A stretch of 64,000 bases of DNA from Actinomycetota bacterium (GTDB lineage Bacteria; Actinomycetota; UBA4738; HRBIN12), in contig DATIWE010000061.1 of NCBI GenBank assembly GCA_035519495.1, forward strand, positions 1,832 to 65,831, written 5' to 3'. The notes under the pieces are model-generated. The model made no database searches. It had not been told where the DNA came from and saw only the letters and a list, made by a program, of their open reading frames with translations. Both the position numbers and the translations under genes were made by a program. Each line of letters starts with the position of its first letter. The stretch's first letter is position 1. Below, piece after piece: positions 18,030 to 26,744 of this stretch.

Positions 18030-18497
18030 CTATCGCTCCGTCACCGGATGCGCGATGCGCTCGGCGCGCTCCCGCGCGCGGCGCGGCCGGATCATCGTCC
18101 GCTCGTTCGGCGACACGAACCCGAACTTCGCGTACAGGCCGTGTGCGTCGCGCGTCGCCAGGAACCACGCGCAATCGCGCATCTCGGGGTCCTCGACGGC
18201 CTCGCGGGTGAGCTCGACGCCGAGGCCCCGGCCGCGGTGCTCCGGGACGACGAACACATCGCCCAGCCACGCCATGTTCGAGCGATCCGACATCACCCGG
18301 CAGAATCCGGCCAGCGAACCGTCCGGCGCGTACGCCGCGATCACGCGCGTGGAGTCGCGCACGAGGCGCTCGATCGTCTCGCGCGACCGACCCGGCACCC
18401 AGTACGCCTCCTCCGCAAGGAACCGGTAGACCGCGTCGACGTCGACGCGGCCCCGATCGTCGTCCAGTTCGTACCCGCCGGGCAGCTCCCGTCGCAT
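18030..18497 (-). CDS. GNAT family N-acetyltransferase
   Basis: AWLGDVFVVPEHRGRGLG acetyl-CoA motif and LATRDAHGLYAKFGF. ATG overlaps the nitrilase stop. Confidence 0.88.
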   Translation of the reverse strand: MRRELPGGYELDDDRGRVDVDAVYRFLAEEAYWVPGRSRETIERLVRDSTRVIAAYAPDGSLAGFCRVMSDRSNMAWLGDVFVVPEHRGRGLGVELTREAVEDPEMRDCAWFLATRDAHGLYAKFGFVSPNERTMIRPRRARERAERIAHPVTER

Positions 18498-19318
18498 CAG
18501 CAGATCGACCCGAGCCGGCGGTGGGCGAGCGCCGGCAGGACGGCCCGCACGCGTCGAAGCTCGGCCGGGTCGAGGTCCGCGAACCAGACGCCATCGCCGT
18601 CGCCCGGCGCCTCGGCGAGCACGGCCCCCCAGGGATCGACGATCATCGAATGCCCGTGGGTCCGGCGGCCGTCCTCGGGCGGCCCCCACGCGCCCCACTG
18701 GGCCGGCGCGACGACGAAACACTGATCCTCGATCGCCCGGGCACGGAGCAGGACCTCCCAATGGGCCTCGCCCGTCGCGCGCGTGAACGCCGCCGGCACC
18801 AGCAGCACCTCGGCGCCGAGCGCCATGAGACCGCGGTACAGCTCGGGGAAGCGCAGGTCGTAGCAGATGGACAGGCCGACGCGGCCGACGTCGGTCTGGT
18901 GCGTGACGAGCTCGCTCCCCTCGGTGAACACCGAGGATTCCCGCAACGGCGGCTGATCGGGCAGGTCGACGTCGAACAGGTGGATCTTCCGGTAGCGGGC
19001 GACGAGCTCGCCGGCGCGGTCGAACAGGCACGAGGTGTTGAACACGCGTCCGTCCTCGTCCACCTCGGGGACCGAGCCGCCGAGGACCCACATCTCCTTC
19101 TCCCGCGCCACATCGGAGAGCGGCGCGGTCAGCTCGCCGGGGACGGATCCGGCGAGCTCGTGCATCCGGCGATGCGATCCGTAGAACGGCCAGAGCTCCG
19201 GCAGCGCGGCCAGGTCGGCGCCGCCCGCGGCCGCCTCCTCCAACAGCCGGACGGCGGTCGCGACGTTCCGCTCGACGTCGTCGCCGCCGGCGTTCATCTG
19301 GCATACCGCCGCGCGCAT
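18497..19318 (-). CDS. Carbon-nitrogen hydrolase (nitrilase superfamily, Nit1-like)
   Basis: Catalytic triad motifs LPE, YRKIHLFD, ICYDLRFPE. Confidence 0.92.
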   Translation of the reverse strand: MRAAVCQMNAGGDDVERNVATAVRLLEEAAAGGADLAALPELWPFYGSHRRMHELAGSVPGELTAPLSDVAREKEMWVLGGSVPEVDEDGRVFNTSCLFDRAGELVARYRKIHLFDVDLPDQPPLRESSVFTEGSELVTHQTDVGRVGLSICYDLRFPELYRGLMALGAEVLLVPAAFTRATGEAHWEVLLRARAIEDQCFVVAPAQWGAWGPPEDGRRTHGHSMIVDPWGAVLAEAPGDGDGVWFADLDPAELRRVRAVLPALAHRRLGSIC

Positions 19319-19330
19319 GGGGCCGCGAGC

Positions 19331-21259
19331 CTACACGCCCGCCGCCGCCCGGACCGCGTCGAGCGACCCCGGGTTCTCCACGCTCGAGAGGTCGCCGGGA
19401 TCCTCGCCGAGGGCAGCCGCCCGGATCGCGCGCCGCACGATCTTCGCGCTCCGCGTCTTCGGCAGCTCGGACACGAACACGACCCTGGCCGGCGTGAACG
19501 ACTTGCCGAGGTGCGCCGCGACCAGCGCGCGGAGTTCCTCGGCCGTCACCTGTGCGCCCGGCGCGCGCACGACGAAGCACCAGACCTGCTCGCCCTTGAC
19601 CGGATCGGGCACGCCGACCGCGGCCGACTCGGCTACGCCGGGATCGGACGCGAGCGCCGACTCGAGCTCGGCCGGACCGATGCGCTTCCCCGCGATGTTC
19701 AGCGTGTCGTCGCTGCGGCCGCGCAGGAACCAGAAGCCGTCCCGGTCGCGGATCGCCCAATCGCCGTGGACCCAGACCCCCGGCCACCGGCGCCAGTACG
19801 TGTCGAGGTACCGCTCGGGATCGCCCCAGATGCCGCGCGTCATCGACGGCCACGGCTGCGTACAGACCAGTTCGCCGACCTCGTCCGGGCCCGCGGGGGT
19901 GCCGTCGGGTCGCCAGACGTCCACGTCCATCCCGAGCGCCGGTCCGCGGAGCGTGCACGGCTTCAGCTCGGTGATCGGCAGCGGGGACAGGAAGCACGCG
20001 CCGATCTCGGTCCCGCCCGACAGGTTGATGATCGGACGGCGTCGCTCGCCCACATCGTCGAAGAGCCACCGGTACGACGCCGGGTCCCAAGGCTCGCCGG
20101 TCGCGGCGAGGATCCGCAACGTGGACAGGTCGTGTGCCCGCACCGGTCCCGTCCCGTCGGCGATGAGGGCTCGGATCAGCGTCGGCGAAACGCCGAGCGT
20201 CGTGACGCCGTGTCGCTCGACCAGGTCCCAGAGGCGATCCGGCCCGGGATGGGTGGGGGCTCCTTCGAACAGGAGCACGGTCGAGCCGAGCGCGAGCGCG
20301 CCGACGACCTCCCACGGCCCCATGATCCAGCCGAGGTCCGTCGCCCAGTGCAGGACCTCGCCCACGTGCAGGTCCACCTGGTAGGCGACCTCCTCCGCGA
20401 TCTTCACGAGGAAGCCGCCGTGGACGTGCACCACGCCTTTCGGCGTGCCCGTCGTCCCGCTCGTGTAGCCGATGAACAACGGCTGCTCCGCATCGAACGG
20501 CTCGGCGTCGAGCGGCGCGTCGTCGTCGAACCCGGACCAGTCGACGTCGCGCCCGGGATCCCACGGGGTCGCGACGTCCGGCAGGCGGCGCCACACCACG
20601 ATCCGCTCGACGCAGCCGGCGAGCTCGGCGGCCCGGTCGGCCGTCTCCTTCATGGGCACGGACTTCCCTTTGCGGAGCGACGCGTTCGCGGTCAGGAGCA
20701 CGCTCGCACCCGCGTCCGCCAGCCGCGCGCCGACCGCGTCGGCGCCGAACCCGCTGAAGATCGGCACCCAGATCGCGCCGAGCTTCGAGCACGCCATCAC
20801 GGCGGCGACCGTCTCCGGCGCCATCGGCAGGAAGATGCCGACCGTCGAGGAGGCGCGGACGCCGAGCGCCTGCAGCCCGCGGGCGAGCCGGTCGGTCTCC
20901 CGACGGAGCTCCGCGTACGTCCACACCCGGACCTCGCCGTCCTCGCCCTCCCACCGCACCGCGGTTGCGTCGGGGGTGCGGGCGGACCACCGGTCCACGC
21001 ACTGACCGGCGAGGTTGAGCGTGCCGCCGCGGAACCAGGTCGTCCACTCGACGCCGGCGCTCGTGTCGAGCACCTCGTCGTACGGGTCGACGAACCCGAT
21101 GTCGAGGTCGCGCACGACCGCGTCCCAGAACCACGCGATGTCCTCGATCGAGCGTCGCACCAGCTCGTCGTACGTGCCGATCCCGTGGGCCCGCATGAAG
21201 CGCGTGACGTTCGCGCGATCGACGTACGCCGCCGTCGGGGACCAGACCACGTCCTGCAC
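19331..21259 (-). CDS. AMP-forming acyl-CoA synthetase (acetate-CoA ligase-like)
   Basis: YTSGTTGTPKG, GGTE, GRSDDTLNIAGKRIG and LPKTRSAKIVRR motifs. Leaderless start. Confidence 0.9.
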   Translation of the reverse strand: MQDVVWSPTAAYVDRANVTRFMRAHGIGTYDELVRRSIEDIAWFWDAVVRDLDIGFVDPYDEVLDTSAGVEWTTWFRGGTLNLAGQCVDRWSARTPDATAVRWEGEDGEVRVWTYAELRRETDRLARGLQALGVRASSTVGIFLPMAPETVAAVMACSKLGAIWVPIFSGFGADAVGARLADAGASVLLTANASLRKGKSVPMKETADRAAELAGCVERIVVWRRLPDVATPWDPGRDVDWSGFDDDAPLDAEPFDAEQPLFIGYTSGTTGTPKGVVHVHGGFLVKIAEEVAYQVDLHVGEVLHWATDLGWIMGPWEVVGALALGSTVLLFEGAPTHPGPDRLWDLVERHGVTTLGVSPTLIRALIADGTGPVRAHDLSTLRILAATGEPWDPASYRWLFDDVGERRRPIINLSGGTEIGACFLSPLPITELKPCTLRGPALGMDVDVWRPDGTPAGPDEVGELVCTQPWPSMTRGIWGDPERYLDTYWRRWPGVWVHGDWAIRDRDGFWFLRGRSDDTLNIAGKRIGPAELESALASDPGVAESAAVGVPDPVKGEQVWCFVVRAPGAQVTAEELRALVAAHLGKSFTPARVVFVSELPKTRSAKIVRRAIRAAALGEDPGDLSSVENPGSLDAVRAAAGV

Positions 21260-21265
21260 GGGGGC

Positions 21266-21275
21266 ATGGTAGAAC
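21266..21275. promoter_or_regulatory. Overlapping divergent -10 elements (acyl-CoA synthetase / thiolase operon)
   Basis: ATGGTAGAAC: TACCAT on minus, 6 nt before GTG 21259; TAGAAC on plus, 7 nt before ATG 21283. Confidence 0.5.
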
Positions 21276-21282
21276 CCTCACG

Positions 21283-22344
21283 ATGGGCCCGCGGATCGGC
21301 ATCGTCGGCGTGGGGTGGTCGGGCTTCCGGCCCACGACCGCGGGACGCAGCTACAAGGAGCTCATGTTCGAGGCCGCCACCGCGGCCTACGTGGATGCCG
21401 GCGTCGACCCGAGGACCGACGTCGACTCGTTCGTATGTGCCTCCGAGGACGTCGAAGAGGGCACGAGCATCTTCGACGAGTACGTCCCCGACCAGCTCGG
21501 GGGGGTCCAGCGGCCGGTGCACACGGTCGCCGCCGACGGCCTGTTCGCGCTCGCGACCGCGGCCATGCTGCTCCGCAGCGGGATCGCGAACGTCGTCGCG
21601 GTCGAGGCGCACTCGAAGGCCTCCGACGTCCTCACGCCCGGCCGCGTCGACGCGTTCGCGATGGATCCCGTGCTGAACCGCCCGCTCGGCGTGCCCGCGC
21701 TCGCGCTCGCGGGCCTCGAGATGCGCCGGTTCCTGCACGAGACCGGCCGCAGCGTCGAGGACTGCGCCGCGGTGGCGGTCCGCAACCGGGAGCACGCCCG
21801 GTCGAACCGGCGCGCGTCCTACGCGGACGCGCCGCCGGATCCGACGCCCTTGTTCGATCCGCTCATCGCCGATCAGGCCGCCCGCAGCGCGGACGGCTGC
21901 ATCGTCGTGGTGCTGGCCGGAGCGCAGACCCGAGCCGACGCCTCGGTCTGGGTCGACGGCGTCGGCTGGAGCCAGGACGCGCCGTCGATCGAGAGCCGCG
22001 ACTGGGCGCGCGCGGTCGCCACCGAACGGGCGGCCGAGGGCGCATACGCGCAGGCCGATCTCGCGCAGGCCGACGTCGATCTGGCGGAGGTCGACGACGC
22101 GTTCGCGTACAAGCAACTGCAGCACCTCGACGCGCTCGGGCTTGCCTCGATCGATCCCGGACGGGTCAATCGCTCGGGCGGCGCGCTCGGCGAGGGCCAT
22201 CTCCACGAGGCGAACGGCCTCGCCCGGACGTTGGGCGCCGTCGAGCAGCTGCGCGCGGGTGCGGCCCGCACCGCGGTCGTCCAATCCTGGCGAGGCGTGC
22301 CCAGCACGAGCGCGGCCGTGGCGGTCCTTCGGGCGGCCGGGTGA
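21283..22344 (+). CDS. Thiolase-fold protein (SCP2/Ltp2-like), lacking the catalytic Cys
   Basis: IGIVGVGWS, ADGCIVVVL, EVDDAF and VNRSGGALGEGH motifs. VAADG stands where thiolases have CASG. Confidence 0.8.
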   Translation: MGPRIGIVGVGWSGFRPTTAGRSYKELMFEAATAAYVDAGVDPRTDVDSFVCASEDVEEGTSIFDEYVPDQLGGVQRPVHTVAADGLFALATAAMLLRSGIANVVAVEAHSKASDVLTPGRVDAFAMDPVLNRPLGVPALALAGLEMRRFLHETGRSVEDCAAVAVRNREHARSNRRASYADAPPDPTPLFDPLIADQAARSADGCIVVVLAGAQTRADASVWVDGVGWSQDAPSIESRDWARAVATERAAEGAYAQADLAQADVDLAEVDDAFAYKQLQHLDALGLASIDPGRVNRSGGALGEGHLHEANGLARTLGAVEQLRAGAARTAVVQSWRGVPSTSAAVAVLRAAG

Positions 22345-24047
22345 CGGGGCGCAGGGTCGCGGTGGTCGGCGCCGGGATGACCCGGTTCGTCCGCCGCGCG
22401 CAGGAGACCGGCAAGGAGCTCGCCTTCCAGGCCTCGAAGGCCGCTCTCGACGCGGCGGAGCTCCGGCTCGCCGACGTCGACGCCGTCTGCCTCACGAGCG
22501 CGCCCGACGCGTTCGACGGCGTGCACCGCAAGGGCGATTATCTCGCCGATGGCGCCGGCGCCTGGGGCAAGCCGTTCATCCGCACCTACGTCGGCGGCGG
22601 CAGCGGCGTCTTCACGGCGATCCAGGGGTGGTACACGGTCGCCTCCGGCCAGGCCGACGTCGTGCTGTGCGTCGCCGAGGAGAAGATGTCCTCCTGCCAG
22701 CCGCACCCGCAGGGCGCGTTCCTCACGATCTTCGACAACATCATCGAACGCCCGCTCGGGCCGAACCTCCTGTGGATCTTCGCGCTGGAGATGCAGCGCT
22801 ACATGGACCGCTACGGCCTGGACAAGCGGGACATCGCGAGCGTGGCGGTGAAGAACAAGCGCAACGCAGCCGGGCATCCCGCGGCGTTGCTCGGCCAGGC
22901 GGACATCACCGTCGAGGACGTCCTCGCCTCCGAGGTGCTCGCGTGGCCGGTGCAGCGCCTCGACGTCTCGCCGATCAGCGACGGCGCGGTCGCGCTCGTG
23001 CTGGCGTCGGAGGACGCGGCGCGGCGCCTCACCGATCGCCCGGTCTGGGTCCAGGGGGTCGGGTGGAACCTCGACTCGACGTACTGGACGAACCGCGACC
23101 TCGTCTATCCCGAGTACGTCGAGAACGCCGCGCGCATGGCGTACGCGATGGCCGGCGTCACCGAGCCACGCAAGCAGATCCACGTCGCCGAGCCGTACGA
23201 CCCGTTCGACTACAAGGAGCTGCACCACCTCGAGGGCCTCCTGTTGTTCGACAAGGGGAAGGCGCCGGAAGCAGCTGCGGCCGGCGTCACGGCGCGCGAC
23301 GGCGACCTCCCGTGCTGCCCGAGCGGCGGCCTGCTCGGGGTCGGCAACCCGATCGCCGCCGCCGGGTTGATGAAGATCGCCGAGCTCTTCTGGCAGCTGC
23401 GCGGCGAGGCCGGCGAGCGCCAGGTGCCCGGGACGCCGGAACGCGGCGTGGCGCAGGCGTGGGGCGACCTCATGCAGGTCGGCACGGTGGTCGTGATGGG
23501 GACGGAAGACGCCCGGACGGACGCCGCCGGCGCGACGGCGGACCAACCCGCGACGATGCTCGGGCCGACGCCGCTGTCCGACGCCGCGTTCCGGGCCGCC
23601 GCGGGCGCCGTCGAGACGGACCTCGACGTCCGCTACGCGTGGGACCCCGGCGAGGTGATGGGCGCGTTCCTGGACGCGCTCCGCGAGGGCAGGATCCTCG
23701 CGACGATCTGCACCGCGTGCGGGCGGACGCTCGTGCCGCCGCGCGCGTTCTGCGAACGGTGCTTCCGGCCGACCGACGGATGGACCGAGGTCGCGGCGAC
23801 CGGCACCGTCGAGACCTTCTCGATCTGCCACGTCACGTGGGACATGCGACCGCTCGAGGTGCCCGAGCTGCCGGCCGTGATCCGGCTGGAGGGCTCGAGC
23901 GACGGCGGGTTCCTGCACAAGCTCGGCGACGTCGAACCGTCCGCGATCCGCATCGGGATGCCGGTCGAGGCGGTGTGGCGACCGATCGCGGAGCGCACCG
24001 GCTCGATCCTCGACATCGCGCACTTCCGCCCCAGGGAGACGGCGTGA
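22341..24047 (+). CDS. Thiolase-fold protein fused to a C-terminal DUF35 (Zn-ribbon/OB-fold) domain
   Basis: GTG overlaps the previous stop. VAVVGAGMT, SPISDGA, YDPF, PSGGLLG, then in frame CTAC-x10-CERC plus an OB-fold. Confidence 0.85.
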   Translation: MTGRRVAVVGAGMTRFVRRAQETGKELAFQASKAALDAAELRLADVDAVCLTSAPDAFDGVHRKGDYLADGAGAWGKPFIRTYVGGGSGVFTAIQGWYTVASGQADVVLCVAEEKMSSCQPHPQGAFLTIFDNIIERPLGPNLLWIFALEMQRYMDRYGLDKRDIASVAVKNKRNAAGHPAALLGQADITVEDVLASEVLAWPVQRLDVSPISDGAVALVLASEDAARRLTDRPVWVQGVGWNLDSTYWTNRDLVYPEYVENAARMAYAMAGVTEPRKQIHVAEPYDPFDYKELHHLEGLLLFDKGKAPEAAAAGVTARDGDLPCCPSGGLLGVGNPIAAAGLMKIAELFWQLRGEAGERQVPGTPERGVAQAWGDLMQVGTVVVMGTEDARTDAAGATADQPATMLGPTPLSDAAFRAAAGAVETDLDVRYAWDPGEVMGAFLDALREGRILATICTACGRTLVPPRAFCERCFRPTDGWTEVAATGTVETFSICHVTWDMRPLEVPELPAVIRLEGSSDGGFLHKLGDVEPSAIRIGMPVEAVWRPIAERTGSILDIAHFRPRETA

Positions 24048-24469
24048 GCATCCGACGGATCGAGGGCGGGATGCCCGTGTCCTTCCGGTACACACCCGGG
24101 GTCGGCAACACCGCGTTCTTCGAGGCGCTCCGCGATCGCGGCGTGTTCCTCGGCTCGCGCTGCGCCGACTGCGCCGTGACGTACCTGCCCGCCCGGATCT
24201 TCTGCGAACGCTGCTTCGCGAGCCTCACCCCGGACATCGAGTGCGGACCCGAGGGGGTCGTCGTGTCCTGGACCGTCGCGCACGTCGGGATCGACGGCGA
24301 GCGGCTCGATCCGGCGGTGACCTACTGCCTGGTGCAGCTCGACGGCGCCGACTCGGTCCTGCTCCATCGCCTGCTGGGTCAGGCGGACATCGGCGCGCGC
24401 GTCCGGGCGATGCTGTCGGAAGACCGCACCGGGGCGATCGGCGATCTCCAGGGGTTCGCGCCCGCATGA
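24044..24469 (+). CDS. DUF35 Zn-ribbon/OB-fold protein
   Basis: CADC-x10-CERC, G.VVSWTV, overlapping GTGA start. Confidence 0.85.
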   Translation: MSIRRIEGGMPVSFRYTPGVGNTAFFEALRDRGVFLGSRCADCAVTYLPARIFCERCFASLTPDIECGPEGVVVSWTVAHVGIDGERLDPAVTYCLVQLDGADSVLLHRLLGQADIGARVRAMLSEDRTGAIGDLQGFAPA

Positions 24470-25617
24470 ACTTCGATCTCACCGACGAGCAGGAGCAGAT
24501 GCGGGCGCTCGTGCGGGAGTTCGCGGATGAGGTCGTGGCGCCCGGCGCCGCCGAGCGCGACGAGCACGAGACTTTCCCGCTCGAGATCGTGCGCGCCATG
24601 GGGGAGATCGGGCTGTTCGCGGTGCCGCTCCCCCCCGAGTACGGCGGTCTGGGCGCGGACGCGGTGACGTGGGCCCTCGTGATGGAGGAGCTCGGCCGGG
24701 TGGACTCGAGCGTCGCCGTGACGCTGTCGGTGGCCTCGGGCCTCGCGGCCGGCATGATCGCGCGGCACGGGACCGCCGAGCAGAAGCAGCGGTGGCTGCC
24801 GCGGGTCGCCGCCGGCGAGATCCTCGGCAGCTTCGGGCTCACCGAGCCCTCCGGCGGCTCCGACGTACGCGCCCTGCGCACGACCGCGCGCCTGGCCGAC
24901 GGCGCCTGGACGATCGACGGCTCGAAGTCCTTCATCACGAACAGCGGCACGCCGATCTCCGGGTTCGTCGTCGTCGCCTGCCGCACGGACGACCCGCCGC
25001 ACGACGTCTCGACCCTGATCGTGCCGTCGGGAAGCGAGGGCTTCGCGGTCGGCCCGCCGTACCGGAAGATGGGCTGGCGCTCGAGCGACACCCACGAGAT
25101 CTCGTTCCAGGGATGCCGCGTGCCGGAGGATCACCTCCTCGGCGAGCGCGGCCACGGACTCCGCCAATGCCTGTCCTCGCTCGACGACGGGCGGATCGCG
25201 ATCGCCGCGATGTCGGTCGGGCTCGCGCAGGCGTGCCTCGACGCGAGCCTCGCCTACGCGGGCGAGCGCGCGGCGTTCGGTCGCCCGATCGGCGCCTACG
25301 AGGCCGTCGCGTTCCCGATGGCCGACATGCAGGTGGCGATCGCCTCGGCGCGGCTGCTGACGTACCGCGCCGCGTGGCTGAAGGACCAGGGGCGCAGCTA
25401 CGCGGCAGAGGCCGCCGCCGCGAAGCTGTCCGCGAGCATCGTCGCGAACCGGTGCGCGCGCGACGCGGTCCAGATCCACGGCGGCTACGGGTTCACGGAG
25501 GACTTCCCCGTCGCGCGCTACTACCGCGACGCGAAGGTGCTGGAGATCGGCGAGGGGACGAACGAGATCCTCCGCCTGGTCCTCGCGCGGGACCTCGGGC
25601 TCCGGCCCGGGACGTGA
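24466..25617 (+). CDS. Acyl-CoA dehydrogenase
   Basis: SFGLTEPSGGSD, GSKSFITN, VQIHGGYGF and EIGEGTNEI motifs. ATGA overlap. Confidence 0.95.
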   Translation: MNFDLTDEQEQMRALVREFADEVVAPGAAERDEHETFPLEIVRAMGEIGLFAVPLPPEYGGLGADAVTWALVMEELGRVDSSVAVTLSVASGLAAGMIARHGTAEQKQRWLPRVAAGEILGSFGLTEPSGGSDVRALRTTARLADGAWTIDGSKSFITNSGTPISGFVVVACRTDDPPHDVSTLIVPSGSEGFAVGPPYRKMGWRSSDTHEISFQGCRVPEDHLLGERGHGLRQCLSSLDDGRIAIAAMSVGLAQACLDASLAYAGERAAFGRPIGAYEAVAFPMADMQVAIASARLLTYRAAWLKDQGRSYAAEAAAAKLSASIVANRCARDAVQIHGGYGFTEDFPVARYYRDAKVLEIGEGTNEILRLVLARDLGLRPGT

Positions 25618-25620
25618 AAC

Positions 25621-25650
25621 GGGGCGGGGCGCCTCCCGGCGCCCCGCCCC
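25621..25650. terminator. Bidirectional terminator hairpin
   Basis: Perfect 13-bp stem GGGGCGGGGCGCC-TCCC-GGCGCCCCGCCCC between convergent stops at 25617 and 25673. Confidence 0.8.
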
Positions 25651-25672
25651 GACGGTTCGGCGATGACTGGAC

Positions 25673-26242
25673 TCAGCCGACGAGCTGAAGCTCCGCGTCG
25701 ATCTCGATGTCGATCTTCTTGCTCACGAGGAACCCGCCGGTCTCCACGGCCATGTTCCAGGTCAGGTCCCAGTCCTCGCGGTCGATCGTGGTCTTCGCGG
25801 AGAACGCGGCCACCGTGCTGTCCTCCTGCATGCCCGGGCCCCACCCCTCGAAGCGGCCCTGCAGCGTCACGGGGTTCGCGATCCCCTTGATCGTGAGCGT
25901 CCCGTCCAGCTCGAACCCCTCGCCGCCGGTCGGGCGGACCGAGGTCGACTCGAACGTCATGGTCGGGAAGCGGTCGGTGTCGAAGAAGTCGCCGCTCCGC
26001 AGGTGACCGTCGCGCTGGTCGTTGTCGCTCGCGATCGACGCCGTCTCGATCTGGACCCGGACGGTCGAGTCCTCCGGACGCTCCGCGATCCGGATCTCGC
26101 CGTCGTACGCCGTGAAGCGGCCGCGGACCTTCGTGAGCATGTGCCGTGCGACGAACCCGACGACCGTGTGGGCCTTGTCGAACCCGTAGTTCCCGGCGGG
26201 CGGCAACGACACCCCGTACCCCTGAACCTCAACTGCCGACAT
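25673..26242 (-). CDS. YceI family protein
   Basis: DKAHTVVGF, RDGHLRSGDFFD, GTLTIKG and IDREDW motifs. RBS GGAGG. Confidence 0.93.
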   Translation of the reverse strand: MSAVEVQGYGVSLPPAGNYGFDKAHTVVGFVARHMLTKVRGRFTAYDGEIRIAERPEDSTVRVQIETASIASDNDQRDGHLRSGDFFDTDRFPTMTFESTSVRPTGGEGFELDGTLTIKGIANPVTLQGRFEGWGPGMQEDSTVAAFSAKTTIDREDWDLTWNMAVETGGFLVSKKIDIEIDAELQLVG

Positions 26243-26310
26243 GTGGAGCCTCCTCCGCTGTCCGGCCCTCCCGATGAGGGCCCCATATCCACACGAACCG
26301 GGGCCGTTCG

Positions 26311-26361
26311 CTCTGTATTCCAGAGTTCCTCCACACCTGGAAGAAAGTCTGGATTCCAGAG
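26311..26361. promoter_or_regulatory. Two imperfect palindromic operator-like sites between yceI and hxlR
   Basis: CTCTGTATTCCAGAG (about 26311-26325) and GTCTGGATTCCAGAG (26347-26361); -10 TAGGAT at 26373-26378. Confidence 0.55.
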
Positions 26362-26393
26362 CGTTGGAACGGTAGGATCAGGAAGAGGCGGTC

Positions 26394-26741
26394 ATGGAAC
26401 AGGTCGAACACGGCGAGAGCCCGGTCTGCCAGCACTTCCAGCGAGCCGCGGAGCTCGTGGCGCAGCGCTGGACGCCGCAGATCATCCGGGCCATGGACGC
26501 GGGCGCCGGCCGGTACACCGACCTGCGGGAGGCGGTCCCCGGCATCTCGCACGCCACCCTGTCCGACCGGCTCAAGGAGCTCGAGGCCCGCGGGATCGTC
26601 GTCCGCGAGGTCACGCCCTCGACCCCCGTTCGGGTCGAGTACCGCCTCACCCCGCAGGGACGCGATCTCGTCGGCGTCTTCGTCGAGCTGGCGGCCTGGG
26701 CGGAGCGCTGGCCCAGCGAACCGGAGCCGGCGCGCGCCTGA
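26394..26741 (+). CDS. HxlR family winged-helix transcriptional regulator
   Basis: RWTPQII, LSDRLKELEARGIVVR and PVRVEYRLT motifs. Confidence 0.9.
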   Translation: MEQVEHGESPVCQHFQRAAELVAQRWTPQIIRAMDAGAGRYTDLREAVPGISHATLSDRLKELEARGIVVREVTPSTPVRVEYRLTPQGRDLVGVFVELAAWAERWPSEPEPARA

Positions 26742-26744
26742 GCC

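Noticed and set aside
18030-21335. 1101-aa ORF in the track as a giant GNAT fusion
   Set aside because: Only the last 155 aa are GNAT-like. The rest is an Arg/Gly-rich off-frame reading of the synthetase and nitrilase genes.
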